NCBI GenBank assembly: GCA_036490535.1
Contig: DASXDR010000030.1
Location: forward strand, 15,467 to 79,466
Reading direction: 5' to 3'
Length of the DNA: 64,000 nt
From: Tepidisphaeraceae bacterium
GTDB taxonomy: Bacteria > Planctomycetota > Phycisphaerae > Tepidisphaerales > Tepidisphaeraceae
Below, in pieces: positions 27,578 to 35,849 of the stretch. The notes beneath the pieces are model-generated. The model worked only from the letters and a program-made list of their open reading frames with translations, was not told where the DNA came from and ran no database searches. Every line of letters starts with the position of its first letter. The stretch's first letter is position 1. The translations under genes and the position numbers were made by a program.

Positions 27578-29209
27578 CTATAGCTCGACAAACTCCATCG
27601 CCGGCTCTGTCTGTTCGGTTGAGGGCAGCATCACTTCTTTAAATGGGCTGCCCATTTCTGCTCGCACATCGGCGGCGTTGTATAGGCCGGAACGTCCCAG
27701 CATGGCCAGATAGACATCGCCTTCGCGGCGAACGCCATCGGGTGGCGCGATTGCCGCCGCGAAGTGCTGGATTTTGCCCTGGTAGTTTTCCCACGAGCCA
27801 TCTTTTTCGGCGAACGCGGCGGCGGGTAGCAGGATATCAGCGCTGGCGGTCAATGAATTCGGCAACACATCCTGCACCACGCGATATCCCTTGCGGAATA
27901 ATCCGGGCACTTGTTTGGCATCGGCAGAAATCCAATTGCCCAGATATCCGCCGACAATCCAGCCGCCTTTTAGCTTCTGCATCTCGGGGCGCGTGCCGGC
28001 AAGCAGGTCCTCCCACGTCACGTTCGCACCGCCCAGCATGCCGATCACGCGGCGAATGCCAGCGGCGTTGGGAACCTTTTCGCCTTTGATGACAAAGGTC
28101 TGCTTGCCGGTGAGATAGTGCTTGAAGATTTCATCGGCTCCCGTTGGCACGGGCCCGAGCACGAGCAATGCCTGTGGGTCAATGGCGCGAATCGCTTGTC
28201 CAAGCAGCCATGCCTCTTCGTTTGCCATCATGGGTGAGAGCATCGCGTAGAGCGAGCCGGGGCCGTTGGCTGCAACGATCTGTTTCAATTGTGTGACCGC
28301 TTCATCCAACGCATTGGCGAAAGTCGTCGGCACTTGCGAGCCATATTGCGTCTTCATCGCCTGCTTGATGCGCTTGTCGTCGCAGATGTATTTGTAGCTA
28401 TAGCGCGTATCGTCGCTGATCCACCACTGGTTCACATCGCTGTTATAGCGCGGCTTAACGCGCCAGACTTTTCCTTCGTTGTGATCCAGCCAGATATTTT
28501 CGCCGCCACTATCGACTGGAGAAACGGATGGTACGCTCTTGAGCAGCCAGACGCGCTGTTTGAAGAGGAAATCCTTGTCGAGCAAGGCCCCCACCGGGCA
28601 AAGATCGACCACATTTCCTGACAATTTATTATCCAGCGGCTTGCCCGGGAAAATATCAATCTCTTCCCGATGCCCGCGCCCATCGACATATAGTTCGGAT
28701 TGCCCCGAAACCTCGCGCGTGAACCGCACGCAGCGCGTGCACATGATGCAGCGGTCGTTATACAGCAGAACATTCAGTCCGATATTTTTCTTGGGCTTCT
28801 TCGCCTTATCTTCTTCAAAGCGCGCTTCCGCCCGGCCATATTCGTAGGAATAATCCTGCAGATAACATTCGCCGGCCTGATCGCACACCGGGCAATCCAG
28901 CGGATGGTTCACGAGCAGATATTCCATCACCTGTTTCTGATTGGCCACCACTTTCGAGGTCTGGGTATGCACTACCATCCCATCGCGCACCGGCGTCTGA
29001 CAGCTCGGCACGAGCTTGGGAATCCCCTCCACTTCAATCAGACAAATCCGGCACGAAGCCGGTATCGACAACCCCGGATGATAACAATACTGCGGCAGCG
29101 CAATGCCTGCATCCAGACAGGCTTGCAGAACCATCTGCCGATCCTTGGCTTCAATATGCTTTCCGTCAACGGTGATCTTGGGCATAGGGCCGTATGTTAT
29201 ACGATTCAA
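27578..29209 (-). CDS. nuoG: NADH-quinone oxidoreductase subunit G-like (2Fe-2S / 4Fe-4S / molybdopterin-like fold)
   Basis: 543 aa with SCRICLIEVEG, HPLDCPVCDQAGEC and CIMCTRCVRF cluster motifs. The start is either the TTG at 29209 or the ATG at 29185. Confidence 0.8.
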   Translation of the reverse strand: MNRITYGPMPKITVDGKHIEAKDRQMVLQACLDAGIALPQYCYHPGLSIPASCRICLIEVEGIPKLVPSCQTPVRDGMVVHTQTSKVVANQKQVMEYLLVNHPLDCPVCDQAGECYLQDYSYEYGRAEARFEEDKAKKPKKNIGLNVLLYNDRCIMCTRCVRFTREVSGQSELYVDGRGHREEIDIFPGKPLDNKLSGNVVDLCPVGALLDKDFLFKQRVWLLKSVPSVSPVDSGGENIWLDHNEGKVWRVKPRYNSDVNQWWISDDTRYSYKYICDDKRIKQAMKTQYGSQVPTTFANALDEAVTQLKQIVAANGPGSLYAMLSPMMANEEAWLLGQAIRAIDPQALLVLGPVPTGADEIFKHYLTGKQTFVIKGEKVPNAAGIRRVIGMLGGANVTWEDLLAGTRPEMQKLKGGWIVGGYLGNWISADAKQVPGLFRKGYRVVQDVLPNSLTASADILLPAAAFAEKDGSWENYQGKIQHFAAAIAPPDGVRREGDVYLAMLGRSGLYNAADVRAEMGSPFKEVMLPSTEQTEPAMEFVEL

Positions 29210-29243
29210 TTCCGGTTTCCACCTTCAAAGATCCCGCATTATC

Positions 29244-30001
29244 ATATTTAGCGGCGCGTCCGCAGGACCGCGTTGTACAGCGCTATCCAGCGCGGTGCTA
29301 CGCACACGCCGCTAAATATTGCGAAGGAAAAAAATATGGGCGTCCTGGGGTTCCATGTGATTTGCACCACCTACGGATTCTGGCTTCCCAATGATGAAAG
29401 AGGCAGCGGGTCGGAGTTTATTCGTAAGAAATCGCTACTGAAATTTGGGAAGGTGACGTATACCAATTCAGTGCGCTCGGTGGCGGCAAAGCGGTACGAT
29501 CCGGAGGTCCGGGAATTGGCCAGAGACGCACTAAAATATCCCCATGTGATTCTTAATGGGAAGCAAGCACAATGCATTGCGATAGCAATCAAAAATGAGT
29601 TGGAAAAACATGGTGGAACAATTCATTCATTTTCGATTTTGCCGACACATTTTCACTTTGTGTCCGCGCCGACTCGCTACGACATCCGCCGTTTCGCTGG
29701 CAGGCTTCGGGGTGAGGCGACAAAACGACTAATCGCGGAAGAACTTCATCCTTTGCGAGAACATGCAGATTCAAGGGGAAAGATTTCTTCTTCTTGGGCC
29801 AGGCTCCCGTGGATACGGTATCTTTGGACAGATGCGGATATGCTGCGCGCGATTAAATATGTCGAGGACAATCCATTGAAGGAAGGAAAGCGGCGACAGC
29901 GCTGGAGTTTTGTTACACCCTATCCATCTCAGCGCGGTGCTTCGCACGCGCCGCTAAATATTGAGTCGGAATAGTTAGCGGCGTGTGCGCAGCACCGCGC
30001 T
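29244..30001 (+). mobile_element. REP-doublet-flanked Y1/HUH transposase unit (RAYT-like)
   Basis: Inverted REP pairs lie at 29244-29319 and 29931-30001. The gene-proximal REPs (about 29283-29322 and 29921-29963) are direct repeats of each other. Confidence 0.75.
29336..29974 (+). CDS. IS200/IS605-like Y1 (HUH) transposase, REP-associated tyrosine transposase type
   Basis: HUH motif in ILPTHFHFV and a catalytic-Tyr helix in RAIKYVEDNPLKEG. I place the start at the ATG at 29336 after GAAGGA. The longer ORF would translate the REP. Confidence 0.8.
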   Translation: MGVLGFHVICTTYGFWLPNDERGSGSEFIRKKSLLKFGKVTYTNSVRSVAAKRYDPEVRELARDALKYPHVILNGKQAQCIAIAIKNELEKHGGTIHSFSILPTHFHFVSAPTRYDIRRFAGRLRGEATKRLIAEELHPLREHADSRGKISSSWARLPWIRYLWTDADMLRAIKYVEDNPLKEGKRRQRWSFVTPYPSQRGASHAPLNIESE

Positions 30002-30025
30002 TTTTGTATTTTTGGAGAACAATCA

Positions 30026-30535
30026 ATGTGGCAACTCAGCTTCCCCTGGTGGCAATTCATCATCCGTGGCGCCGTCGTCTATATCGCGGTCCTCATCCTC
30101 ATTCGCATCTCCGGCAAACGGCAGGTTGCACAGATGGGGATCATCGAATTCGTCGCTTTGCTTCTGATCAGCAATGCGGTGCAGAATTCCATGAATGGCG
30201 GGGATAATTCTATTACTGGAGGCATCATTCTGGCAGTGACGTTGCTGGCTCTGACGCACCTGCTGGCGGTCATGACTTATCGGTCCGACAAATGCGAGCA
30301 TCTCATTCAGGGTGAGCCCACGCTGCTGATCCGCCATGGTAAATTCCTGGACGCCAATTTGCGTAAAGAACTGCTCAGCCACGAAGAATTAAAAGCCATG
30401 CTCCGCCGCCAAGGCATTCATCGCATCTCTGAAATTGATCATGCGATCCTCGAAAGCGACGGCTATCTATCTGTCCAAAAGATCGGCGAGAGCGCTAACG
30501 AACCCGAAATCTCCACCGGCGTCAGTGCGTCGTAA
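30026..30535 (+). CDS. DUF421 (YetF-like) membrane protein
   Basis: 169 aa with N-terminal TM helices followed by a ...LIQGEPTLLIRHGKFLDANLRKELLSHEELKAMLRRQGI... core typical of DUF421. Confidence 0.75.
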   Translation: MWQLSFPWWQFIIRGAVVYIAVLILIRISGKRQVAQMGIIEFVALLLISNAVQNSMNGGDNSITGGIILAVTLLALTHLLAVMTYRSDKCEHLIQGEPTLLIRHGKFLDANLRKELLSHEELKAMLRRQGIHRISEIDHAILESDGYLSVQKIGESANEPEISTGVSAS

Positions 30536-30563
30536 AACCCATGGCTCACAAAATTCCCTGCAC

Positions 30564-30586
30564 CGTTTAGCCGCCGCGGCTAAACG
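30564..30586. repeat. Palindrome CGTTTAGCCGC-C-GCGGCTAAACG
   Basis: Near-perfect 23-nt palindrome between convergent genes. It shares the GTTTAGCC/GGCTAAAC clamp with 19107-19161. Confidence 0.7.
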
Positions 30587-30610
30587 TGATGCGAATCAAC
30601 TACATTCCGA

Positions 30611-31177
30611 TCACCTCGCCTGCTTCTCAATCTCCTCCACCAATTTCTCAGGCTTGGTCTTCTGCGTCAGTAAATCAATTGCTGCCCTGTCATCCATCGG
30701 AATATTGTGATGCTCGCACAATCTGCGCAGCAGACGCAAAATCTCTGTCGTCTCCTGCTCGGCCAATAAGTTAATCTGCAAATCCAACTGATTTCGCCGC
30801 TCCGCCATGCGCGCTTCGCGATTCTGGCTCATCATGATGATTGGCGTCGCATATGCTGCCTGAAATGACAACGCCAGATTCAGCAGAATAAACGGATAAG
30901 GATCCCAGTGCCGCCACCAAGCCATGATGTTTAATACGATCCACAGCGCAAGCAAAACGCTTTGAACAATCAGAAACGTCCACGATCCCACCACGCGCGC
31001 AAAACCATCCGCGACACGATCGCCGACGGTGCGCGTGCGATGGCTGTATTCCTGCATGCGCGCAATCGTCTGCACATTCTGCCGATTCAATTCCTCCACG
31101 GTGCGCGCCTGGCATAACGGCTCACAATCACGCCGACGTCGCCTGCGCCAGCGAAACTTTTTCTCTGGTTCTGTCAT
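30611..31177 (-). CDS. DUF1003 membrane protein
   Basis: 188 aa. WDPYPFILLNLALSFQAAYATPIIMMSQNR is the characteristic DUF1003 core. Confidence 0.8.
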   Translation of the reverse strand: MTEPEKKFRWRRRRRRDCEPLCQARTVEELNRQNVQTIARMQEYSHRTRTVGDRVADGFARVVGSWTFLIVQSVLLALWIVLNIMAWWRHWDPYPFILLNLALSFQAAYATPIIMMSQNREARMAERRNQLDLQINLLAEQETTEILRLLRRLCEHHNIPMDDRAAIDLLTQKTKPEKLVEEIEKQAR

Positions 31178-31216
31178 GAATTCTCGCGCTATTCCAGACC
31201 GATACCGACCACCACT

Positions 31217-31240
31217 GGCGGTGACACTTCAGTGCCACTG
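31217..31240. repeat. Short TTCA-loop hairpin repeat GGCGGTGACACTTCAGTGCCACTG
   Basis: 23/24 identical to 14175-14198. Lies in the kinase/DUF1003 gap. Confidence 0.7.
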
Positions 31241-31305
31241 AACACAAGCTCCAGCGCTAGCGTATACGGTCCGGATAAAAACCAATTCGCTTCAGATGTG
31301 ACAGT

Positions 31306-33993
31306 CTATTCCACCGTGCGCCGGCAGAGAACCCCCAATACGATCACCCCCCCTGCCGCTACACCGCTCGCCAAAACCGCATGTGGCCCGCTGTAACACA
31401 AAGGCCCGACTAAAAGCGAAGTTGCCCCCAGCAAAACAAAAAAAGAATAAGTCCGCCCTGCAAAAACGCTCGACAAGACCAGAATAATCCCTGCTCCCAA
31501 CGCCCGGAAATTGCTAACCGCATCGCATAGGAATGCAGGCACCCCCGCAATCCGCAGTGGCATGATCGTGCTTGCCGGCGCGCTCATCAGAAAACTATTT
31601 ACCGCTTTCCCCTTGTTGGTGATGCTCCAGGCCGCAAAGCCGATGAGCACAATTAATCCCAATATCACGCGCGGCCCGGCTCCAAAAATCACTTCGGCGG
31701 GCGATCCAAACCGCCGCCGCCAGAAGCTTTGTTTTTCATATCCTTCGAGCGCTCCCAGATAATCCAGTTTTCGCCGCGCGGGCTTTCCACTCTCGGCAGC
31801 GGTAAATTCCACCAGCAAATCCGCCGGCCGATCCGTCCACTCGCGCGGCACAAAGCGAGATTCTGCATTGCCGGCATTCTCCTTGGCATTGCTCGCCTGC
31901 GGATCAATTGCCGCAGCGGAAGCGGCAATCGCAGCCTGATGCGCCATTTCCCGCACTACGCTCGCGCCGCGTACAAAATCATCCGATGATTCCATCGCTT
32001 CATGCTTCGCCTTAGCTGCATCCACGCCGGCAGCGATTCGCCAGCGCGCTTCAGTGGCCGCGAGCAATCGGCGCTTTTCTGTTTCCCATTTCTGCTGCAA
32101 TTTGGCGTTGACTTTATTGATCAGCTGATCCACCCATTTTTGCTGGCCGGGATCAATGTCTCCGGCAATCGAGATAGCAGCTGCTTCGTAACCGAAAAGA
32201 GATTCGAATATCCCGCGCCATTTCGGGCCGGACTCGGAGCGAACGATTTGCCGGATCGTCTGCTCGTCGACCCCGCGCTCGCGAAGATTTCGCAGCACAC
32301 CGCTCGCCTGCCGGCTCGCTGCGGTTTTCACCGCCTCGGCTGGTTTGTCGATCAGCCAATGCGCCGCTGCTGCAAGCCCCACCGCAATCGCGATCAACCC
32401 CAGTGCGACCCACAGAAAATTCAGCGCATACAGCAGTAATCCCAGCACGGCTACCGGCAGAATCACACGATAATTGGTTAGATCGACCCATCCGCGCGGC
32501 ATCCATATTTGCCGCAGCCGCGAAAACAGCGGACGATTATACGTCGTGCCGTGAATCGCCAGATGCGTAAGTCCAGTCCCCAGCGCCAGTGTCAGCACTG
32601 CGGCAAGCGATAAACTTTTATTCGTGGGCGACTGTGGCAATGACAGAGCCATCGCTATCCCACCCGCGCACAAAACGAAAAACATCGCAATGGCCGCGAG
32701 TTGAATCTTCGGCCACGGAGAAGACTGTACTAATTCCGCCGCCGCCGCGATCGATTCAATTTCATCTTCCTGCACCCCACTTGCTTCCTTATTTTCGCTG
32801 CGCAAATAATTTTGCATCGCGTGGACCACTTGCCCCATGGATTGGAACCGATCCGCTGGTTTGCGCGCCATCATGCGCATGACCACGTCGGAAAGATCAG
32901 AATCCACACTCTCTGCGAGCATGTCGGGCGGCGTGGGCTGGCGCGTCGCATGCGCTTCGAGCATCGCCTGGGTCGTCTTCTCCTCAAACGGCGGATGCCC
33001 CACCAGCAGCGTGTAAAGCGAACACCCCAGCGAATAAATATCCGCGCGACCATCGACGACGGCTGAATCGCGCGCCTGCTCCGGCGCCATATACGTCGGC
33101 GTGCCCATCGCGTGATATCGCTGCGTCACATGCGGATCGGAATCACTGCCTGCCCCCACAGCCGCCATCGCCGGGCGATTTCGTACCGCCATCTGCCGCA
33201 CGAGTCCCAGGTCGGCCACTTTGATCGTGCCGTTATTGCTCAGCAGCAGGTTGTCCGGCTTCACATCGCGATGCACCAATCCATGCTGATGCGCAAACGC
33301 CAGCCCGCGCGCTGCCTGCACGATATATCCCGCCGCCAGCTTCGGCTCGATCCGCCCGCGCTGCGTTAACAACTGCATCAGCGAAACGCCAGACACGTAT
33401 TCCATGGAAAAATAATGAATCCCGCGCTCGCACCCAAAATCATAAATCTGCACGATATTCGGATGCTGCAGCATCGCTGCTGCATACGCTTCGCGCGTGA
33501 ATCGCGCCAGCACGCGCGGATCGGCAGCGAGCGTTTTGTGCAATGTCTTGATCGCCACCAATCGGCTCAGCGAAAGCTGCCGCGCCAGGTAAACCGACCC
33601 CATGGTCCCGCGGCCAATCAGTTTTTTGATTTCATACCCACCAAGGCGACCGGTGATTTGTTTAACTGGATTCGCTGGCGCTTCTTTGCGTGCCGCAGCG
33701 GCGTGATGATCTACCCCTGCGGTATCAATCCCCAGTTTTTCTGTTTGCAATGGCTTGGCCGCAATTGCACGGGCAATCGGCCTTTCGCCAGCGACTCCGG
33801 GAACGATTAAATCAAATCGTTTTTGGCAATGTTCGCAGGTTGGCGCGAATTCTCCGGGACGAAGGCCCTTAAGAACCATTTCCTCGCCGCAATAAGGACA
33901 TTCTATAATCACCAACGCTCCTACGCGATTTGCCCACGCTAGATCGTAGAAATCGCTGGCAGAAGCGTCAAACAATTTCCGGCAAAGCCGCAA
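31306..33993 (-). CDS. Ser/Thr protein kinase with N-terminal zinc ribbon and C-terminal multi-TM region
   Basis: 895 aa. CPYCGEEM...CEHCQKRF, then Hanks kinase motifs (VAIK, HRDVKPDNLL, ADLGLV, GTPTYMAPE), then several hydrophobic helices. TTG start is uncertain. Confidence 0.85.
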   Translation of the reverse strand: MRLCRKLFDASASDFYDLAWANRVGALVIIECPYCGEEMVLKGLRPGEFAPTCEHCQKRFDLIVPGVAGERPIARAIAAKPLQTEKLGIDTAGVDHHAAAARKEAPANPVKQITGRLGGYEIKKLIGRGTMGSVYLARQLSLSRLVAIKTLHKTLAADPRVLARFTREAYAAAMLQHPNIVQIYDFGCERGIHYFSMEYVSGVSLMQLLTQRGRIEPKLAAGYIVQAARGLAFAHQHGLVHRDVKPDNLLLSNNGTIKVADLGLVRQMAVRNRPAMAAVGAGSDSDPHVTQRYHAMGTPTYMAPEQARDSAVVDGRADIYSLGCSLYTLLVGHPPFEEKTTQAMLEAHATRQPTPPDMLAESVDSDLSDVVMRMMARKPADRFQSMGQVVHAMQNYLRSENKEASGVQEDEIESIAAAAELVQSSPWPKIQLAAIAMFFVLCAGGIAMALSLPQSPTNKSLSLAAVLTLALGTGLTHLAIHGTTYNRPLFSRLRQIWMPRGWVDLTNYRVILPVAVLGLLLYALNFLWVALGLIAIAVGLAAAAHWLIDKPAEAVKTAASRQASGVLRNLRERGVDEQTIRQIVRSESGPKWRGIFESLFGYEAAAISIAGDIDPGQQKWVDQLINKVNAKLQQKWETEKRRLLAATEARWRIAAGVDAAKAKHEAMESSDDFVRGASVVREMAHQAAIAASAAAIDPQASNAKENAGNAESRFVPREWTDRPADLLVEFTAAESGKPARRKLDYLGALEGYEKQSFWRRRFGSPAEVIFGAGPRVILGLIVLIGFAAWSITNKGKAVNSFLMSAPASTIMPLRIAGVPAFLCDAVSNFRALGAGIILVLSSVFAGRTYSFFVLLGATSLLVGPLCYSGPHAVLASGVAAGGVIVLGVLCRRTVE

Positions 33994-34062
33994 TGTTGTC
34001 TGCCTTACTCTGCCCGGATGCTATTTGCTTTTCGCCGTGCGTTCGTATGATTCTTCGCGGCT

Positions 34063-35178
34063 ATGTTCAATAAAACGCTTATCGGCTTGGCGGTGATGGT
34101 TTATCTGATCGCGGCAGGTTGCGCCCTGTCCGTGCAGCCTTCCGCCGCCAATGCCCCTGCGCCTGCCCCCGAAGTCGTGGATACGCAAGCTGTTCCCCAG
34201 CCGGCTCGGCCTGGCGTGCTCCCCTTCTGCGGCTGCGGCATGCAAATTCAGCGCGTCGACTGGATCGATCGCTATGAAAAGTGCATGGATGAGGTCGCAG
34301 CTATCGGGGGAGATACCGTGTTGCTTGTGGTTGACGCGAGGATGGAGGATGGCACGTCGAGCAAAATTTATCTCGATATGCGGATGACGCCGACGCCAGA
34401 TCAATTGGGCATGTTGATTGATCATGCCAAGAGCAAAAAGCTGCGCGTGATTCTGATGCCGATCGTGCTATTGGATGACCCCAAGGGAGATGAATGGCGT
34501 GGCACGCTCAAGCCGGAGAATTGGGATACCTGGTGGGAAAGCTATCGCGACATGATCACCCATTTTTCGTGGATCGCCGAAGGGCATCATGTCGACGTGC
34601 TGGTGGTTGGCTCGGAACTGGTCAGTACAGAAAATAAGGTGGATCAGTGGACGCAGACGATCGCAGCGGTACGCAAGGTATTCCATGGGATGCTGACTTA
34701 TTCGGCGAACTGGGATCATTACACTTCGGTTCCGTTCTGGAACCAGCTCGATCTGATTTCGACCAATAGCTATTACAAACTGGGCGAAGATCGCAATGTC
34801 AGCCTGGATGAGATCAAGCAGCGCTGGCAGGACATTCAGCGCGATCTGCTGGGGTTCACTAAGAAAAAGCATCGGCCACTGTTGTTCACGGAAGTGGGCT
34901 GGTGTTCGATGGCGAATGCTGCGGATGCTCCTTGGGATTACACGCAGGAATCCGTTCCGGAGGATGATGCATTGCAGAAAAAGCTTTATCAGGGATTTTT
35001 CCAAAGCTGGTGGGGCAATCCTTCTTTTGGCGGTTTTATGATCTGGGAATGGTCTCCCGGAGAAGGGGGAAGAGGAGATGACGATCAGCGGCGGGGATAC
35101 ACGCCGAAGAATAAACCGGCAGAGCAAGTGCTGCGGGAATGGTTTGGAAAACCGCGTTGGGGTGTTGAGGGACGCTGA
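34063..35178 (+). CDS. Lipoprotein glycoside hydrolase, clan GH-A TIM-barrel type (GH113/GH5-like)
   Basis: 371 aa with the lipobox LIAAGC. Candidate acid/base VVGSELVS and nucleophile LLFTEVGW motifs. Family assignment is tentative. Confidence 0.6.
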   Translation: MFNKTLIGLAVMVYLIAAGCALSVQPSAANAPAPAPEVVDTQAVPQPARPGVLPFCGCGMQIQRVDWIDRYEKCMDEVAAIGGDTVLLVVDARMEDGTSSKIYLDMRMTPTPDQLGMLIDHAKSKKLRVILMPIVLLDDPKGDEWRGTLKPENWDTWWESYRDMITHFSWIAEGHHVDVLVVGSELVSTENKVDQWTQTIAAVRKVFHGMLTYSANWDHYTSVPFWNQLDLISTNSYYKLGEDRNVSLDEIKQRWQDIQRDLLGFTKKKHRPLLFTEVGWCSMANAADAPWDYTQESVPEDDALQKKLYQGFFQSWWGNPSFGGFMIWEWSPGEGGRGDDDQRRGYTPKNKPAEQVLREWFGKPRWGVEGR

Positions 35179-35180
35179 GG

Positions 35181-35849
35181 CTATGACTTGCATGCTAGCT
35201 GGGAAATTTTTCCGCTCAGGTCGGCGATGTGATTGATGGTCATATCGGCTTCGGGCAATGTGCCGGTGCTGATTTCGGCGGCGTAATGGCCTTGCCGGGG
35301 CCAAACGGCAGTTACGCGGGAACCCCATTGCTGTTTGATGGCGCGAATCAATCGAGGCTTATCATCCACGAAAATATAATGCTCGGCAGGATAGCGGCGC
35401 TGCACATCAGCGAGTTCGAGCTCTTTGTGGATGTAGATCATGACGTGGCCTTCGACGGCGACATGAATCCCGGCCTGGCGAATCTTGCGGGGCTGAAAGA
35501 CTACATCGCCATCGGACAAAATCGCGGTTGGATGGGCAGCGCGGGCTTCGCGCAACACTTCAATGGCACCGGGATAAAGGCGGTCGCGAAATGGATAATC
35601 GATCAGGAACTGCGACAAGTTCAGCACCCGCACGTCTTCTGGATGAGCGATGCGATAGCGCTGCAAAGCGCCGAGATAATCGGCATAGCCTAGTTCGCTG
35701 CGGAGGGTTTCGAAGATGGCGAAATATTCCTGGCGCGCTTTTCCGCCAAAATGTTGATCGAGAAATTCGGCTATGTCTGTGGTGACGCGATCGTTGTCGA
35801 GCAATGTGTTGTCGACATCGAAGAGGAAAACAACGGGAGTTTGTGACAT
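35181..35849 (-). CDS. HAD-family hydrolase
   Basis: 222 aa. Motif I is FLFDVDNTLLD. Its ATG (35847-35849) directly abuts the stop codon (35850-35852) of the upstream gene. Confidence 0.8.
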   Translation of the reverse strand: MSQTPVVFLFDVDNTLLDNDRVTTDIAEFLDQHFGGKARQEYFAIFETLRSELGYADYLGALQRYRIAHPEDVRVLNLSQFLIDYPFRDRLYPGAIEVLREARAAHPTAILSDGDVVFQPRKIRQAGIHVAVEGHVMIYIHKELELADVQRRYPAEHYIFVDDKPRLIRAIKQQWGSRVTAVWPRQGHYAAEISTGTLPEADMTINHIADLSGKISQLACKS

